From an uncultured bacterium (lineage in GTDB: Bacteria > Desulfobacterota_D > UBA1144 > Nemesobacterales > UBA2774), in contig CAWGRW010000009.1 of assembly GCA_963825135.1 (NCBI GenBank), positions 96,001-160,000 of the forward strand: 64,000 nucleotides of DNA, given 5' to 3'. The position numbers and the translations under genes were made by a program. This document shows positions 20,103-30,915 of this stretch, one piece after another. Under the pieces are notes generated by a model. The model was given only the letters and a program-made list of their open reading frames with translations, searched no databases and was not told the origin of the DNA. Numbering within the stretch: position 1 is the first letter of the stretch; every line of letters begins with the position of its first letter.

Positions 20103-20342
20103 TTAAAACAGATCCCTCTGGGCGTCTTCGAGAAGCACTTTCTTGAGGAGGCTCTTGGCGTGGACAATGGCCTTCTCTTTAATCTCTTCGAGGTCGGAAG
20201 ACTCGTTCGCGAGCGGAAATGAAAGGGAGATAAAAACCGAATCCGAGTCCGCCTCGTAATCCTCGAGCTCTATTGTCAGGTCTATAAGGAACGACTGCTC
20301 GTCGTCGGTTAGTGTGATGTTCTCGACTTTATACTGGATCAT
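20103..20342 (-). CDS. acidic hypothetical protein
   Basis: 79-aa ORF with protein-like composition; no family recognised. Confidence 0.65.
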   Translation of the reverse strand: MIQYKVENITLTDDEQSFLIDLTIELEDYEADSDSVFISLSFPLANESSDLEEIKEKAIVHAKSLLKKVLLEDAQRDLF

Positions 20343-20691
20343 ATCAGAATCTCTTCCGTTCCATTGTTATCGTCAGGCACCAGAGCGCATGGTTCGTCAT
20401 ATACGGTCACTCCGGCAATTAAAACACGAAGCCCGAAACGAAGGTCGGCCCGGCGTATCGTCACGCATGGCGGCCGGGAATTAGGTTGATTATATAAGGT
20501 ACGCCGCGAATTATCAATTCACCGGAAGAAATAACGGGGCCTTCGTCCCTCGCGCGGGACAAAACGCCTCCGTTTTTTTTACTCGCTAATCAAGGTGGTG
20601 TATCATTCACTGGAGGCAGGCCGAAAGTCGGCTCCGGCGTGATAATAACCTGAAAATATAATCACATCCGGTCGGGACCTGCCAATTGCAC

Positions 20692-23016
20692 ATGCGCGAT
20701 CCCCGTTATCTTAACCGTATAATTCTGGCCCTGACGCTTGCCGGTATCTCAGCGGGCGGAGCCGGGTATCTCCTGCGAATCCCCGGCGTCGCGGACATCG
20801 CCTGGGCCGCCGCCACAGTGGCGGCTCTCATACCTCTCGTGTTCATGACCGCGCGCACGCTCATGTCGGGCAAGCTCGGCGTGGACATCATCGCGCTTAT
20901 AGCCATGGCGGGGTCTCTATATCTCGGGCAGTACCTGGCGGGGGCGGTCATCGCGCTCATGCTCTCGGGCGGACAGGTGCTCGAGGAGTACGCGGAAGCG
21001 AGGGCCAGGAGAGAGCTCTCGGCGCTCATCGGACGGACCCCGCGCACGGTCAACAGGATAGACGGCGACAACGTAACCACTGCGGCAATAGAAGAGGTAA
21101 AGCCCGGGGACTTCCTCATGGTAAAGCCGGGCGAGATCGTCCCCGTAGACGGCGTCGTGATCGGTCCCTCCGCAGTGCTCGACGAATCCGCCCTCACGGG
21201 GGAGCCGAAGCCGGTCGAGCACATGGACAGGGACCAGGTTTCGAGCGGCACGGTGAACGCGTCCAAAACGCCCTTCAAGATGAGGGCGACCGTGAACGCG
21301 GACGAAAGCACGTACGCGGGAATAATAAGGCTGGTCGAGCAGGCTCAGGCCTCGAAGGCCCCGCTCGTAAGGATGGCCGACAGGTACGCGATATTCTTCC
21401 TCCCCGCGACTCTCGCAGTCTCCGCATTGGCCTGGATCATCTCGGGCGACCCGGTACGCGCCCTGGCGGTGCTCGTGGTCGCAACGCCCTGCCCCCTCAT
21501 ACTCGCGGTCCCCGTGGCCATCGTCTCAGGGCTTTCCAGGGCGGCCCGCCGGGGGATAATCATAAAGGGCGGCGGCGCTCTCGAAACGCTCGCCCGCGGC
21601 AAGATCCTCGTCCTCGACAAAACAGGGACCATAACGAAGGGCGAGCCCTTACTCACCGGGGTCGAAAGCCTCGGGGCATACGATCCGGACGAGCTTCTCA
21701 GGCTCGCCGCGTCCCTCGATCAGGCTTCTCCCCACGTGCTCGCAAGGCCCATAGTGAAATCGGCGGTAGAGCGGGGGTTCGCCCTGGCCTTCCCCGAGGG
21801 TGTCTCCGAGGAATTCGGCTCGGGAATCAGCGGAAAAGTAAACGGCAGGACTGTGAAGCTCGGCAGGATGAACTGGGTATTCGGCTCGATTCCCGAGGAC
21901 CCGGCCGCGCACCGCATACACAACAGGTCCCTCTTGGACGGCTCCTCGTGCGTATTCATATCGGTCGACGGAGTTCCGGCCGGGGCTCTGATACTCGAGG
22001 ACCCGGTCAGACCGGACGCGCCTCTCACTATACGCGCGCTAAAGCGCGTCGGGTTTCAAAAAATAGTCATGCTTACCGGGGACCACAAGGACGTGGCGGT
22101 TTCCGTGGGCGCGGCCATAGGCATAGACAAAGTCCTCGCAGAGCGCACGCCCCGGGAAAAAGTGGACGCGGTGCTCACGGAATGCGCGGAAGGCACGACG
22201 GTAATGGTGGGGGACGGCATAAACGACGCGGCAGCCCTCGCGTCGGCCCACGTGGGCGTTGCTATGGGCGCACGGGGCGCGACGGCCTCTTCGGAAGCGG
22301 CCGACGTCGTGCTGCTCGTCGACAGGCTCGACCGCCTCATAGAAGCCGTGCGCATAGCACGGAGGTCGAGGTCCATAGCGTTTGAGAGCATCGCCGTCGG
22401 CATGGGGCTTTCGATAATAGCCATGCTCGCGGCGGCCGCGGGGTTCCTCGTGCCGGTCGCGGGGGCCCTCCTGCAGGAAGTGATAGACACCATTGTCATT
22501 CTCAACGCGCTTCGCGCGCTCAGGGACGGCCAGCACAAGAGCCAGATAGACCCGGATGCCGCCCGGATAGGTCTCCAGTTCCGGGACGAGCACGAGAAGC
22601 TGATGCCCGAGGTCAGGCGCATCCGCTACGTTACGGACAGGCTCGACACCATGCCCCCGGAAACGGCGGTCAGGGAGCTGAGGGAGATACACAGATTCCT
22701 CTCGGAGCGCCTCCTCCCCCACGAGAAGGCCGAAGACGCCGTCGTCTACCCGCTCGTGGCCGACATCATAGGCGGTGAAGACCCGACGGCCACCATGAGC
22801 AGGGCGCATATCGAGATCAGCCATCTGATAAAGGTGTTCGGCCGTCTTTTGGAAGAGATGCCGGGCGAGGGGCCCGGCCCCGAGGATATGCGCGAGCTAA
22901 GAAGGGTGCTTTACGGGCTGTACGCGATACTCACGCTCCATTTCGCACAGGAGGAGGAGTCCTACCTGGCTCTGATAGAAGAACGCATGAAATCGGACAA
23001 GGACAGGCAGGGTTGA
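20692..23016 (+). CDS. heavy-metal P1B-type ATPase (P1B-5-like) with C-terminal hemerythrin domain
   Basis: TGE, TPCP, DKTGT, GDGIND, QEVID; C-terminal H..HEKAED...H...HFAQEEE hemerythrin pattern. Confidence 0.92.
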   Translation: MRDPRYLNRIILALTLAGISAGGAGYLLRIPGVADIAWAAATVAALIPLVFMTARTLMSGKLGVDIIALIAMAGSLYLGQYLAGAVIALMLSGGQVLEEYAEARARRELSALIGRTPRTVNRIDGDNVTTAAIEEVKPGDFLMVKPGEIVPVDGVVIGPSAVLDESALTGEPKPVEHMDRDQVSSGTVNASKTPFKMRATVNADESTYAGIIRLVEQAQASKAPLVRMADRYAIFFLPATLAVSALAWIISGDPVRALAVLVVATPCPLILAVPVAIVSGLSRAARRGIIIKGGGALETLARGKILVLDKTGTITKGEPLLTGVESLGAYDPDELLRLAASLDQASPHVLARPIVKSAVERGFALAFPEGVSEEFGSGISGKVNGRTVKLGRMNWVFGSIPEDPAAHRIHNRSLLDGSSCVFISVDGVPAGALILEDPVRPDAPLTIRALKRVGFQKIVMLTGDHKDVAVSVGAAIGIDKVLAERTPREKVDAVLTECAEGTTVMVGDGINDAAALASAHVGVAMGARGATASSEAADVVLLVDRLDRLIEAVRIARRSRSIAFESIAVGMGLSIIAMLAAAAGFLVPVAGALLQEVIDTIVILNALRALRDGQHKSQIDPDAARIGLQFRDEHEKLMPEVRRIRYVTDRLDTMPPETAVRELREIHRFLSERLLPHEKAEDAVVYPLVADIIGGEDPTATMSRAHIEISHLIKVFGRLLEEMPGEGPGPEDMRELRRVLYGLYAILTLHFAQEEESYLALIEERMKSDKDRQG

Positions 23017-23032
23017 ACTGATCCGCGGACAA

Positions 23033-23641
23033 TTATCGGATCAGTGCGTCGTCCTGGCTATTCTGTTGAATATTTTTTTCGAGTTTCGGCTTTAAATAAA
23101 GCTCGATGCTTTCGAACATCACGCCGTGCCTGCACTTCCCTTCCACGCCTCCGAGAGTCTCTTTAATAACGGTTCCGTCTTTCACCCAGGAGGCGGAATA
23201 CGCGAGCTTGCCGCCGCAGACCGCGGCGCCCGGCTTATCTTTGTACTGAAGCTCCTCACCCTCGCCCCAGTCTACTTTGTCCTCGGCCGGAGCCCCGTAT
23301 TCCTTTATCAGATTTTCCTTTACCTTCTCATAGTCGCCGACGTACGATTCCGGGTCCTCGGACGTACTCCGCATCAGGTACCCCGCCCTTACGAGCTTAT
23401 CGCCCTCGAACATGTATCCGATGATCGACGGTATGCCGCCGTACTCGCCCGTATACGTAACCACTTCCGGTCTGTCCTCGGTCGGCGTATCGCTCTCGGA
23501 GGCTTTCACCTGATCCCGGCTCATCCCCCATGTCGTTTTCCTGAAATTAAACTCCCCTTCATCTATCTTCCTCACGTCCCTGCAGGACAGAGCCGCAATC
23601 CCAATGGCCCCGATAAACGCCAGCAGCAATACCTTTTTCAT
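23033..23641 (-). CDS. hypothetical lipoprotein
   Basis: MKKVLLLAFIGAIGIAALSC lipobox; FRKTTWGMS..V motif; RBS GGAGG. Confidence 0.75.
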   Translation of the reverse strand: MKKVLLLAFIGAIGIAALSCRDVRKIDEGEFNFRKTTWGMSRDQVKASESDTPTEDRPEVVTYTGEYGGIPSIIGYMFEGDKLVRAGYLMRSTSEDPESYVGDYEKVKENLIKEYGAPAEDKVDWGEGEELQYKDKPGAAVCGGKLAYSASWVKDGTVIKETLGGVEGKCRHGVMFESIELYLKPKLEKNIQQNSQDDALIR

Positions 23642-23907
23642 GCTTCGAGTCTCCTCCCTGCGGATTGTCGGGAATGAATACCGCGTCCTGCGCCGCCTGC
23701 CCGTCGCCGGGACGCGGTCAGACGCCCGAGCGTAACGTGCGGAAATCCCGGTCACGCTATTTGACGGTAACTATTTTACACGATTATTATGCGCGGGTAT
23801 CCGGCGTAGTCATTCAGCCGAATTGCGCCTGGTTGTAGTGAGAGGACGCCCGGCGTATCCGGTACGATCCCCGCATGCCCGTTTCCGCGGTATCCGCCGC
23901 CCGCCCG

Positions 23908-24162
23908 TCAGTCATCCGAATTCCCCCTGCCGAACTCCTGCAGCACCTCGTTTATCACATCATCCGAGGCATCCCTGAGCAGCTCGTCGTAACGCTCCAG
24001 AAGCTCCTCACGGCTAATGACGCCTTTATCGGTCAACAGCCTCTCAAGAGCCGAGATCTTTATCCTGTCGGTAACGATTGCCCTGACAAGGTCCAGGATC
24101 AGTCTCCACTGAGTATCGCTTCCGAGCAGCTCGTAAAGAGGCTTTGTTTCGGCCTTCTCCAA
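23908..24162 (-). CDS. hypothetical protein
   Basis: TTG start after GGAGG; LERLLTDKGVISREEL helical motif. Confidence 0.6.
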   Translation of the reverse strand: MEKAETKPLYELLGSDTQWRLILDLVRAIVTDRIKISALERLLTDKGVISREELLERYDELLRDASDDVINEVLQEFGRGNSDD

Positions 24163-24434
24163 GTCCTTTCCTCCCTTATCTTCCCGTCGGCGCCGGGGCC
24201 CTCGGGGTTTAATATTAATGTCGGCGTACGAATAGAGCAAATATACCGGGGAACTTCAGCCGCCCCTTAAATTCCGGCCCGAAAGAATTATATATACATT
24301 CTGCCGCGGGGGAAAGTGGGCCGGACAACAACGGGCCGCACCCTTCATAAGGGCTTATCGTTGCCGTGAATTAAGAAATTGCGGATCGAAAAAACCGCCC
24401 GGTTCCGGGGCAAACGGTGAGCAATCGTCTTAGG

Positions 24435-24791
24435 TTATGAGTGCTTCCAGGCGGCAAGGCCCTGGCAGACCACGGTGAACCAGTTCTGCGGGTATTCCCT
24501 TTCGAGCTTCCAGGTCGTGTTCAGCACGGAATTGGCTCCGACGAGTATGGCCTGGTCCTTAAGCGCGTTTATGCACTGGCCCACGTACATCTCCTCGTTA
24601 TACTCGAACTCCCACGCCTCTTTGAAGTGCCTCTGGCTCTTGCCGGTCACGTACTCGACGGAATCGTACTGCTCGATCTCGTCAGGCGCGCCCTTCTGCT
24701 CAATGAATATGAACTCGCGGAGATTCTCCCAGGCGCCCGATACGCTGGCGCTAACGGATAGAATCAGCAACGCTGCAAAGAATGTCCTCAT
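24435..24791 (-). CDS. secreted hypothetical protein (YbjQ-like fold possible)
   Basis: Signal peptide; LKDQAILVGANSVL...CQGLA; RBS AGGAGG. Confidence 0.65.
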   Translation of the reverse strand: MRTFFAALLILSVSASVSGAWENLREFIFIEQKGAPDEIEQYDSVEYVTGKSQRHFKEAWEFEYNEEMYVGQCINALKDQAILVGANSVLNTTWKLEREYPQNWFTVVCQGLAAWKHS

Positions 24792-24922
24792 ATCATCCTC
24801 CTTCCGGATATAGACACGGCAGACCCGCAGGCGGGAGACTCCTTGCCTCCGGTGCCCGCGCCAATATTATATACCCGATATAAGGGATTGAGAATACCGC
24901 CCTTAAAAATTATCGATGCCGG

Positions 24923-26389
24923 TTACGCCGGGACTGCGGGCTTCCTTATCAGCCGGACGATGTAGGCCCCGCCCAGCGCCAGAACGGCGTAAAGCGGGAT
25001 AAGGGCGGCGTGCCCCGCGGAGTAAACCCTCAGGGAGTCGGCCAGGAAAACCTTGAACGCGGAGAATTGATGCAAGTCTCCCTCCAGAAAACCCGGGATA
25101 ATATACTCCGTGAGTATGTTGACGTTCCGGTCGTACTCGTTCGTCATCGTGAACGAGACGCATGCGAGGGATATAAGAAAACTGAGCGCGAAAAGCCCGA
25201 GCATGCCCGCGCGGAGCCTCCTGCCCGCCCCCGCCCACATCACCGCGAGCGGCGGGCAGAGGAACGGCAGCATCGGGGTCAGGAAGCGGGGCCCGGTCGA
25301 TCCCCCTCCCGTCCAGTACTCATACGACGAGTTCAGGAGCAGGTAATAGAGCGGCACGGCGGCGAGCGCAATTGTAACGGCTTTGGCGCCGGGCGTCTTC
25401 CACAGCCTGTAGAACGCATACGGGGTCATCAGCAGGATCGGCGAGAGCCAGAAAAGACCGTGCCCTCCGGCGAAGAGGAGCTTCGCCATCAGCAGAGGAT
25501 GCGGGTACGTAAGCCCGTAATACCCGAGCCTCATGCCGGTGTAATATACCGTGTAGCTGTAAAGCGAGCCGAAGAGAGACCCGGTAATGCTGTAATTATA
25601 GATTAACAGGGGAGATATGAAGACGAGCGAGCCCGCCGCCACGGAAAGGAGCACGCGCGCGAGCCTCCGCCTCTCCCAGCCCCTCGCGCAGAATATGCCG
25701 TAAACGGCGATAACGGCGGTAGCCGGAGCGGACGTAAGCTCTATCACTACCGCCCAGGATAGAAGAGCCCCTGCTGCAAACCCTAGCAGGATATCCTTCC
25801 TCGCGCTCCCCGGCGAAACGGCGAGATAATATACGGCCGCGAACCCCATCATGAGACACCCGCCCGCGGGGTTGTGCCCGAAGAACGCCGTCGCCCACCC
25901 CCATGCAGGCGTGGCGAGCCCGTAGGCAAGAGCGCCCAACACGGCCCCCGGGAGACCGGCCCCGAGCCTCATCGAGAGGAAATATATTGTCAACGCGGTA
26001 AACACGGTAAAAATAGCCGTCGTAAAAATGTTCGCCACTTGCTCGAGAAGAACAAAATAAATCGTTATATATCCCCTGGGGCCGAGCCACCTGACATCTC
26101 CGAGATACGATTTCATAAACAGCCGCGCCAGGGCTACGCCGGGTATGGCCATCAAAGACATCCCGGGCGCCTTATCGGAGTAAAACCTGCCTTTATACCG
26201 GGCTATATCATGTGTTGTATTTTTGTATTTATCGATCGCCGGCGTCCCGTCTTCGATAATCGACAGGGCAAGCGCTATCCGCGGCACCGAGTTCCAGTTG
26301 TCGGGGTTCTGGAGGAAATAGCAATAGGAGAAATACAGCATTATGGAAAGGACCGCTGCGATTCTGATTATTTTTTTCCTTTCCGTCAT
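24923..26389 (-). CDS. multi-pass membrane protein, GT-C glycosyltransferase-like
   Basis: About 10 hydrophobic segments; FYSDKAPG, GLFWLSP, WTGGGSTGPRFL. Confidence 0.7.
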   Translation of the reverse strand: MTERKKIIRIAAVLSIMLYFSYCYFLQNPDNWNSVPRIALALSIIEDGTPAIDKYKNTTHDIARYKGRFYSDKAPGMSLMAIPGVALARLFMKSYLGDVRWLGPRGYITIYFVLLEQVANIFTTAIFTVFTALTIYFLSMRLGAGLPGAVLGALAYGLATPAWGWATAFFGHNPAGGCLMMGFAAVYYLAVSPGSARKDILLGFAAGALLSWAVVIELTSAPATAVIAVYGIFCARGWERRRLARVLLSVAAGSLVFISPLLIYNYSITGSLFGSLYSYTVYYTGMRLGYYGLTYPHPLLMAKLLFAGGHGLFWLSPILLMTPYAFYRLWKTPGAKAVTIALAAVPLYYLLLNSSYEYWTGGGSTGPRFLTPMLPFLCPPLAVMWAGAGRRLRAGMLGLFALSFLISLACVSFTMTNEYDRNVNILTEYIIPGFLEGDLHQFSAFKVFLADSLRVYSAGHAALIPLYAVLALGGAYIVRLIRKPAVPA

Positions 26390-26611
26390 CCGTATGGCTC
26401 CGTTCAGCTGTTTGAAACGGCAATAACAAGAGGATTGTACTTGAAATGTATCGTCCGCGCCCGGCCGACATGCGCGATTATGCTGATTTCATTTGCTCTC
26501 TCTTTCAATGTCCCTGTATAATTTAAATAATTTTTTGACAGAAAAACACCGCTAAGGCGTATTCACCCACAGTACGCGCGGAATCAAATACCAGTCAGGG
26601 TCCGGGTCCCT

Positions 26612-28681
26612 ATGACAGAGAATTGTGAATTCAGCGAATATTTCAGCGAATTTATTAACGATACCGGAATCCGTATCAGGCCCCGGGGCGGGGAGAGGAC
26701 CGCGCTCGGGGATATATTCGTATTCCCGGACCTCGAAATTCTGACGCCTGACCGGCACACGGGCGCGGGGCCGTCAGGCGGGATTGTGAACTCTTCCGGT
26801 CTCGCCGCAGCCGCTGCCGCCGGGGGCGGCATATTGATATACGGCCCTGTAGATTCGGGAAAGACGTCCCTTCTCAAAACCCTGGCCCTGCGGCTCTCGG
26901 GCTCGGGTTTCCATCCCGTCTACATGGACGGCAAGACGCTCCGCATCCCGCGCTCGGGAGACAAGGCCCGATTTTTTCTCAGGAAATACGAAGAGCAGTA
27001 TACGCCCGGGAGTTACGAGCGAATTAAAGCCGGACCCGCCGGAAAGAGGATACTGCTTCTCGATAACGCCGACAGGATTCCCGCGGGCTCTGCCGAGCTC
27101 GGCTCCTTCCTCGGCGGCCTTACGGACCATTTCGGCTCAGTCCTGGTTACGGCGGCAAACACGCCCGAGTTCAAGGGCCTCCCCGAGGGGCTGAGCGTCT
27201 TCGGCGTACCCGCCGGGTTCTCCGTTTACGAAATAAAGGAATTCGGACGGGCCCTCAGGGAGGAGCTGATATCGAAATGGATTGACGCAGGCGCGCGCGG
27301 GAGCGAAGAAGATGCCGCCCGAACGAAGGCCAGGCTCACGGGCGCGGTCGACACCGTGCTCGGCAGGAGCCTTGTCCCCTCATACCCCGTCTTCATACTG
27401 ACCATATTGCAGATGGCCGATTCGGAGGATCCGGCCGCGCCCGGCGCGGGCTCCTACGGACAGTACTACGAATACATCATAACCAAATCGCTTAAGGACG
27501 TGACGCGAAGGGAGGATTTCCCGTTCTTTCAGAGCCTCCTCGCCCGTACCGCATACAGGATGTTCTCCAAGAGGAGCAGGTGGATATCGGAGGAGGACAT
27601 CGAGAACCTCGCGGCGGAGGTCTCTGCCGGGTTCCCGAGCCCCCCGGAGGACACCGGGTCCGTGATGACGGCCCTCCTCGAATCGGACACCCTCACACGC
27701 AGGGAGTCCGGGTTCGAATTCAGGTACGGCTACTCGTACCACTACTTCGCCGCCCTTCACTTTTCCCGCAGCCTCCTTGACGAGAGCGCGAGAGAAGAGG
27801 TGAGGAGGCTATGCGGCAGCCTCGAAGACGAGGAGCACGCGAACATCGTTCTGTTCCTTACCCACCTGTCGGGCGACCCCTTCCTGCTGGAGCTGATTGC
27901 GCGCAGCGTCGTGTACGCCGCGTCCTCGGAGGAGCAATACGCGGCCGGGGAAGAGGAAGCCTATCTGGACGATCTGGTCACCGAGCTCCAGAGGCTTATA
28001 GACAAGGACAGGAAGCTCAGAGAGATAAGGGCCGAGTACCGCTCCTCCATGGAAGAGAGGCCGAAGCCTCCGATCGGGTTCCGTACGGACGGCCCGGACA
28101 TACGCGTCAGCAGAAGGAGGGAGAGAGAGCTCTACGACGCTATGCGCAAGTCCCGGTCCGTAAGCGCCCTCCTGAGAATATCCTCTGAGGCGCTTCACGG
28201 GCAGACGCCGGAGGGGCCGTACGACATTCCGGACGGCTTCGAAGAAAATATGCACCTGCTCTGGTCGTCGTCTCTCAGGAGAAAGAAAAGAGACGCGGAC
28301 AGGATGAAGGAGGCGGCCTCCGGCAGTAAGGGATACGGATTTGAAGGCGGCGGCGAAGGGGAGACGCTCGGCTATCTGACCCTGCTCTACGGTTTCTATA
28401 TGAGAATCTACATGAACTGCGTCAGGGAATTTTCCCTACTTGCCGAAGCGGGTATTGCCGGGCGTACGGACGCAGTGCCGGACGATCTGACAAATATCTG
28501 CGCGAGCCTCTTCCGTAAAGACCGGCCGCCCGACCCGGGCACGATCAGCCGGTTTCTCTCGGAGAACGAAAAGAGGAGATTCGCGAAGGCTCTCATAAGA
28601 GAATGCGCGTCGCTCCGCATCTACCTCTACGGCGGGGAAGACGAATATTCGCGCGGGCTCGGGAAGCTCCTCGGATTTTAG
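26612..28681 (+). CDS. STAND/NACHT-like P-loop NTPase
   Basis: DIFVFPDL pre-motif, Walker A GPVDSGKT, Walker B ILLLDN, YP motif and EFRYGYSYHYFAA winged-helix-like motif. Confidence 0.75.
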   Translation: MTENCEFSEYFSEFINDTGIRIRPRGGERTALGDIFVFPDLEILTPDRHTGAGPSGGIVNSSGLAAAAAAGGGILIYGPVDSGKTSLLKTLALRLSGSGFHPVYMDGKTLRIPRSGDKARFFLRKYEEQYTPGSYERIKAGPAGKRILLLDNADRIPAGSAELGSFLGGLTDHFGSVLVTAANTPEFKGLPEGLSVFGVPAGFSVYEIKEFGRALREELISKWIDAGARGSEEDAARTKARLTGAVDTVLGRSLVPSYPVFILTILQMADSEDPAAPGAGSYGQYYEYIITKSLKDVTRREDFPFFQSLLARTAYRMFSKRSRWISEEDIENLAAEVSAGFPSPPEDTGSVMTALLESDTLTRRESGFEFRYGYSYHYFAALHFSRSLLDESAREEVRRLCGSLEDEEHANIVLFLTHLSGDPFLLELIARSVVYAASSEEQYAAGEEEAYLDDLVTELQRLIDKDRKLREIRAEYRSSMEERPKPPIGFRTDGPDIRVSRRRERELYDAMRKSRSVSALLRISSEALHGQTPEGPYDIPDGFEENMHLLWSSSLRRKKRDADRMKEAASGSKGYGFEGGGEGETLGYLTLLYGFYMRIYMNCVREFSLLAEAGIAGRTDAVPDDLTNICASLFRKDRPPDPGTISRFLSENEKRRFAKALIRECASLRIYLYGGEDEYSRGLGKLLGF

Positions 28682-28736
28682 TATGGAAAAAATGCGATCG
28701 TTGGATAAAGTATTAAACGGGAGGGGGAAAGAAATC

Positions 28737-29489
28737 ATGACGATAAATCGACCGATGATAAAACTGGTCCTCACATTATTCATATGCGCCGGCAGCATCG
28801 CCGCCTGTGCGTCCGCAATAGCCGATACCGCCGGGCAGCCCGTCGTCCTTGAGCTGTTCACGTCCCAGGGCTGTTCTTCATGCCCGCCCGCTGACGAGCT
28901 CATGGGCGCATTGGCCGCGAATCCGAAGGTCCTGCCGCTGTCGTTCCATATCGATTACTGGGACAGGCTGGGATGGAAAGACCCTTATTCCTCCCGCGAG
29001 AATACAGAGCGTCAGGGTAACTATGCAAAGGCGATGGGACTCGATTCCGTTTTCACCCCGCAGCTGATCGTCGACGGCGCCGTATCGGTAGTCGGGTCGA
29101 ACGAGAGCGATGTGCGCGAGGCGATTGTAACGGCCGGCAAGAGCCCGCGCCCCTATAATATCGGAATCCGGCCGGAGAAGACCGGCGGAGGAATGGATAT
29201 CACTGTTTCAGCCGAAAAGACGCCTGCCTCTCCAGGCGGATTAGATATAGTGGAAATCCGCTTCGTGAGCCAGGCCAGAACGGACGTTACCGCCGGCGAA
29301 AACACGGGACGTAATCTGGAGAGTGTCAACAACGTCACATCGATTAATTTTCTCGGCAAATGCCGGGATGAAAAATGCAGTTACAAGTCATCCCCGCTCC
29401 GTTCTCCTGACGACGGAATCGCAGTCATCGCGCAGTCGCCCGACTACGGTCACATCCTGGGCTCGGCCGCGTACAAAACGCCGCGATAG
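28737..29489 (+). CDS. DUF1223 thioredoxin-like secreted protein
   Basis: VVLELFTSQGCSSCPPAD, FHIDYWDRLGWKDP, TPQLIVDG, GEN.GR.L...N.V; start uncertain (28683-28755). Confidence 0.9.
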   Translation: MTINRPMIKLVLTLFICAGSIAACASAIADTAGQPVVLELFTSQGCSSCPPADELMGALAANPKVLPLSFHIDYWDRLGWKDPYSSRENTERQGNYAKAMGLDSVFTPQLIVDGAVSVVGSNESDVREAIVTAGKSPRPYNIGIRPEKTGGGMDITVSAEKTPASPGGLDIVEIRFVSQARTDVTAGENTGRNLESVNNVTSINFLGKCRDEKCSYKSSPLRSPDDGIAVIAQSPDYGHILGSAAYKTPR

Positions 29490-29548
29490 AACCGAAGCCG
29501 CTGCCGGATAATTTCAAATTGCGGTATTGAGCAGGGCGGAAGAGCTCC

Positions 29549-30857
29549 TCACCCGAACGTCGTAACGAAGTCGTATTCTATTTCGTGGGGGATGTCCGTG
29601 TCGGCGATCACCTTCCTCAGCTCCTCCGGGCAGCCCCGCGGGAGGTCGTCCGTGTCCTCCACCCCGAGCCACCCCCAGCTGTTGACGAAACCCCTGGCCC
29701 TCGTTTCGTTCCCGTCCGCGAAAAGCCTGACGAGGTCCCATGCGAACTCGTCCACCACGGCCTCGAGCGTCTTCACGTCGACGATGAATTTCCCGCCCCA
29801 GGGGTCGTGCCTGATAGCCCCCCTGTCCCTGAAATGCCTGTATGCGAGATAGGCGGAGCCGGTGTCGGGGTGCTTTACGAACCCTTCCCTCCTCATGTAC
29901 CTCAGCATCTCGGCGACCGTGAGGAGATACGCCTTGTGGAGCAGCCCGCCGCTCAATAGACCCCCGGAGAGGTGTTTCATGTTGTAGAGCGCGATCATGT
30001 CCGACTTCAGCTCGTGGAGCACCATATAATTACTGTCGAACTCGGACATCACACGGCCGAGCCTGTCGGCCCCGATGAAATGCCCCGCGTCATGCCCCCT
30101 CAGCCATATGAGCAGGAGCCTCGCGGCCTCGCCCTCGCGAAAGCTCCGCGAGCCCTTCCGCCCCCGCGAGGTAACGGAGCGCGATCTTCTCCGTAAGCGC
30201 CTTGAACCTGGCCGCGTACAGGTTGATGAATACGGTCATACGGGAAAGGGAAGACACGTTCTCCTTCGTCCCTCCCGAGAAGAAAACGCAAATGGGCTTG
30301 TGCCTCACGTCGAGACCGCCAGCGAGGGAGAACACGTCTAGGCATTTTACCCTGGGAAGCTCCCCGTTGAAGACCTTCCCCTTGTACCCGCGCGACGTCA
30401 TGAGCGCCTCGGTGAACCTGCCCATGTTGCTGTCGTATTCCTCGAGCAGTTGGGCGTATTCCCCGTTCTCGATCCCCGCAGCCCCCGCGTAATAGCTCTC
30501 GCCGTCCCCTTCCGAGGAAAACACCTTCCCGATTATCAGCTCCATTGCGCCTTTCACGCGGGCGCTTCCGGCGGCGAGGGGAAAGAGGTCGAATATGCCT
30601 TTTTCGAGTACGGCCACGCCGGATTCGTATCCGGCGCGAGCGTCCCCGGACAGGGAGTCCGCGCCCGCCCGCAGCTTAGCGGTTATTTCGTTCCAGAGAC
30701 CTTTTTCGAGAGAAAGAGTGAGCTCGTTCGAGAGCTGCCTCCTGTAGAGGCCGTCAATAAGCCCGAGCGATTCCGCAAAGGCGCCGGCAGCGCCCTTGAA
30801 CGCACCGGGCAGCGTGACGTGAATATCTTGTTTTAGCGTCTTCCTTGCCGGAGGCAT
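29549..30857 (-). CDS. peptidase M49/DPP-III-like protein with variant metal motif; one +1 frameshift near 30140
   Basis: Removing one base joins the two ORFs through LLLIWLRGHDAGHFIG...VLHELKSD, resembling the HExxH...EExKAD layout. Confidence 0.55.
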
Positions 30858-30915
30858 GACCCGGTATTTTAACCGGGAATAAAGGTAGATTTAAACAGGG
30901 AATTTTCAGGCTGAT

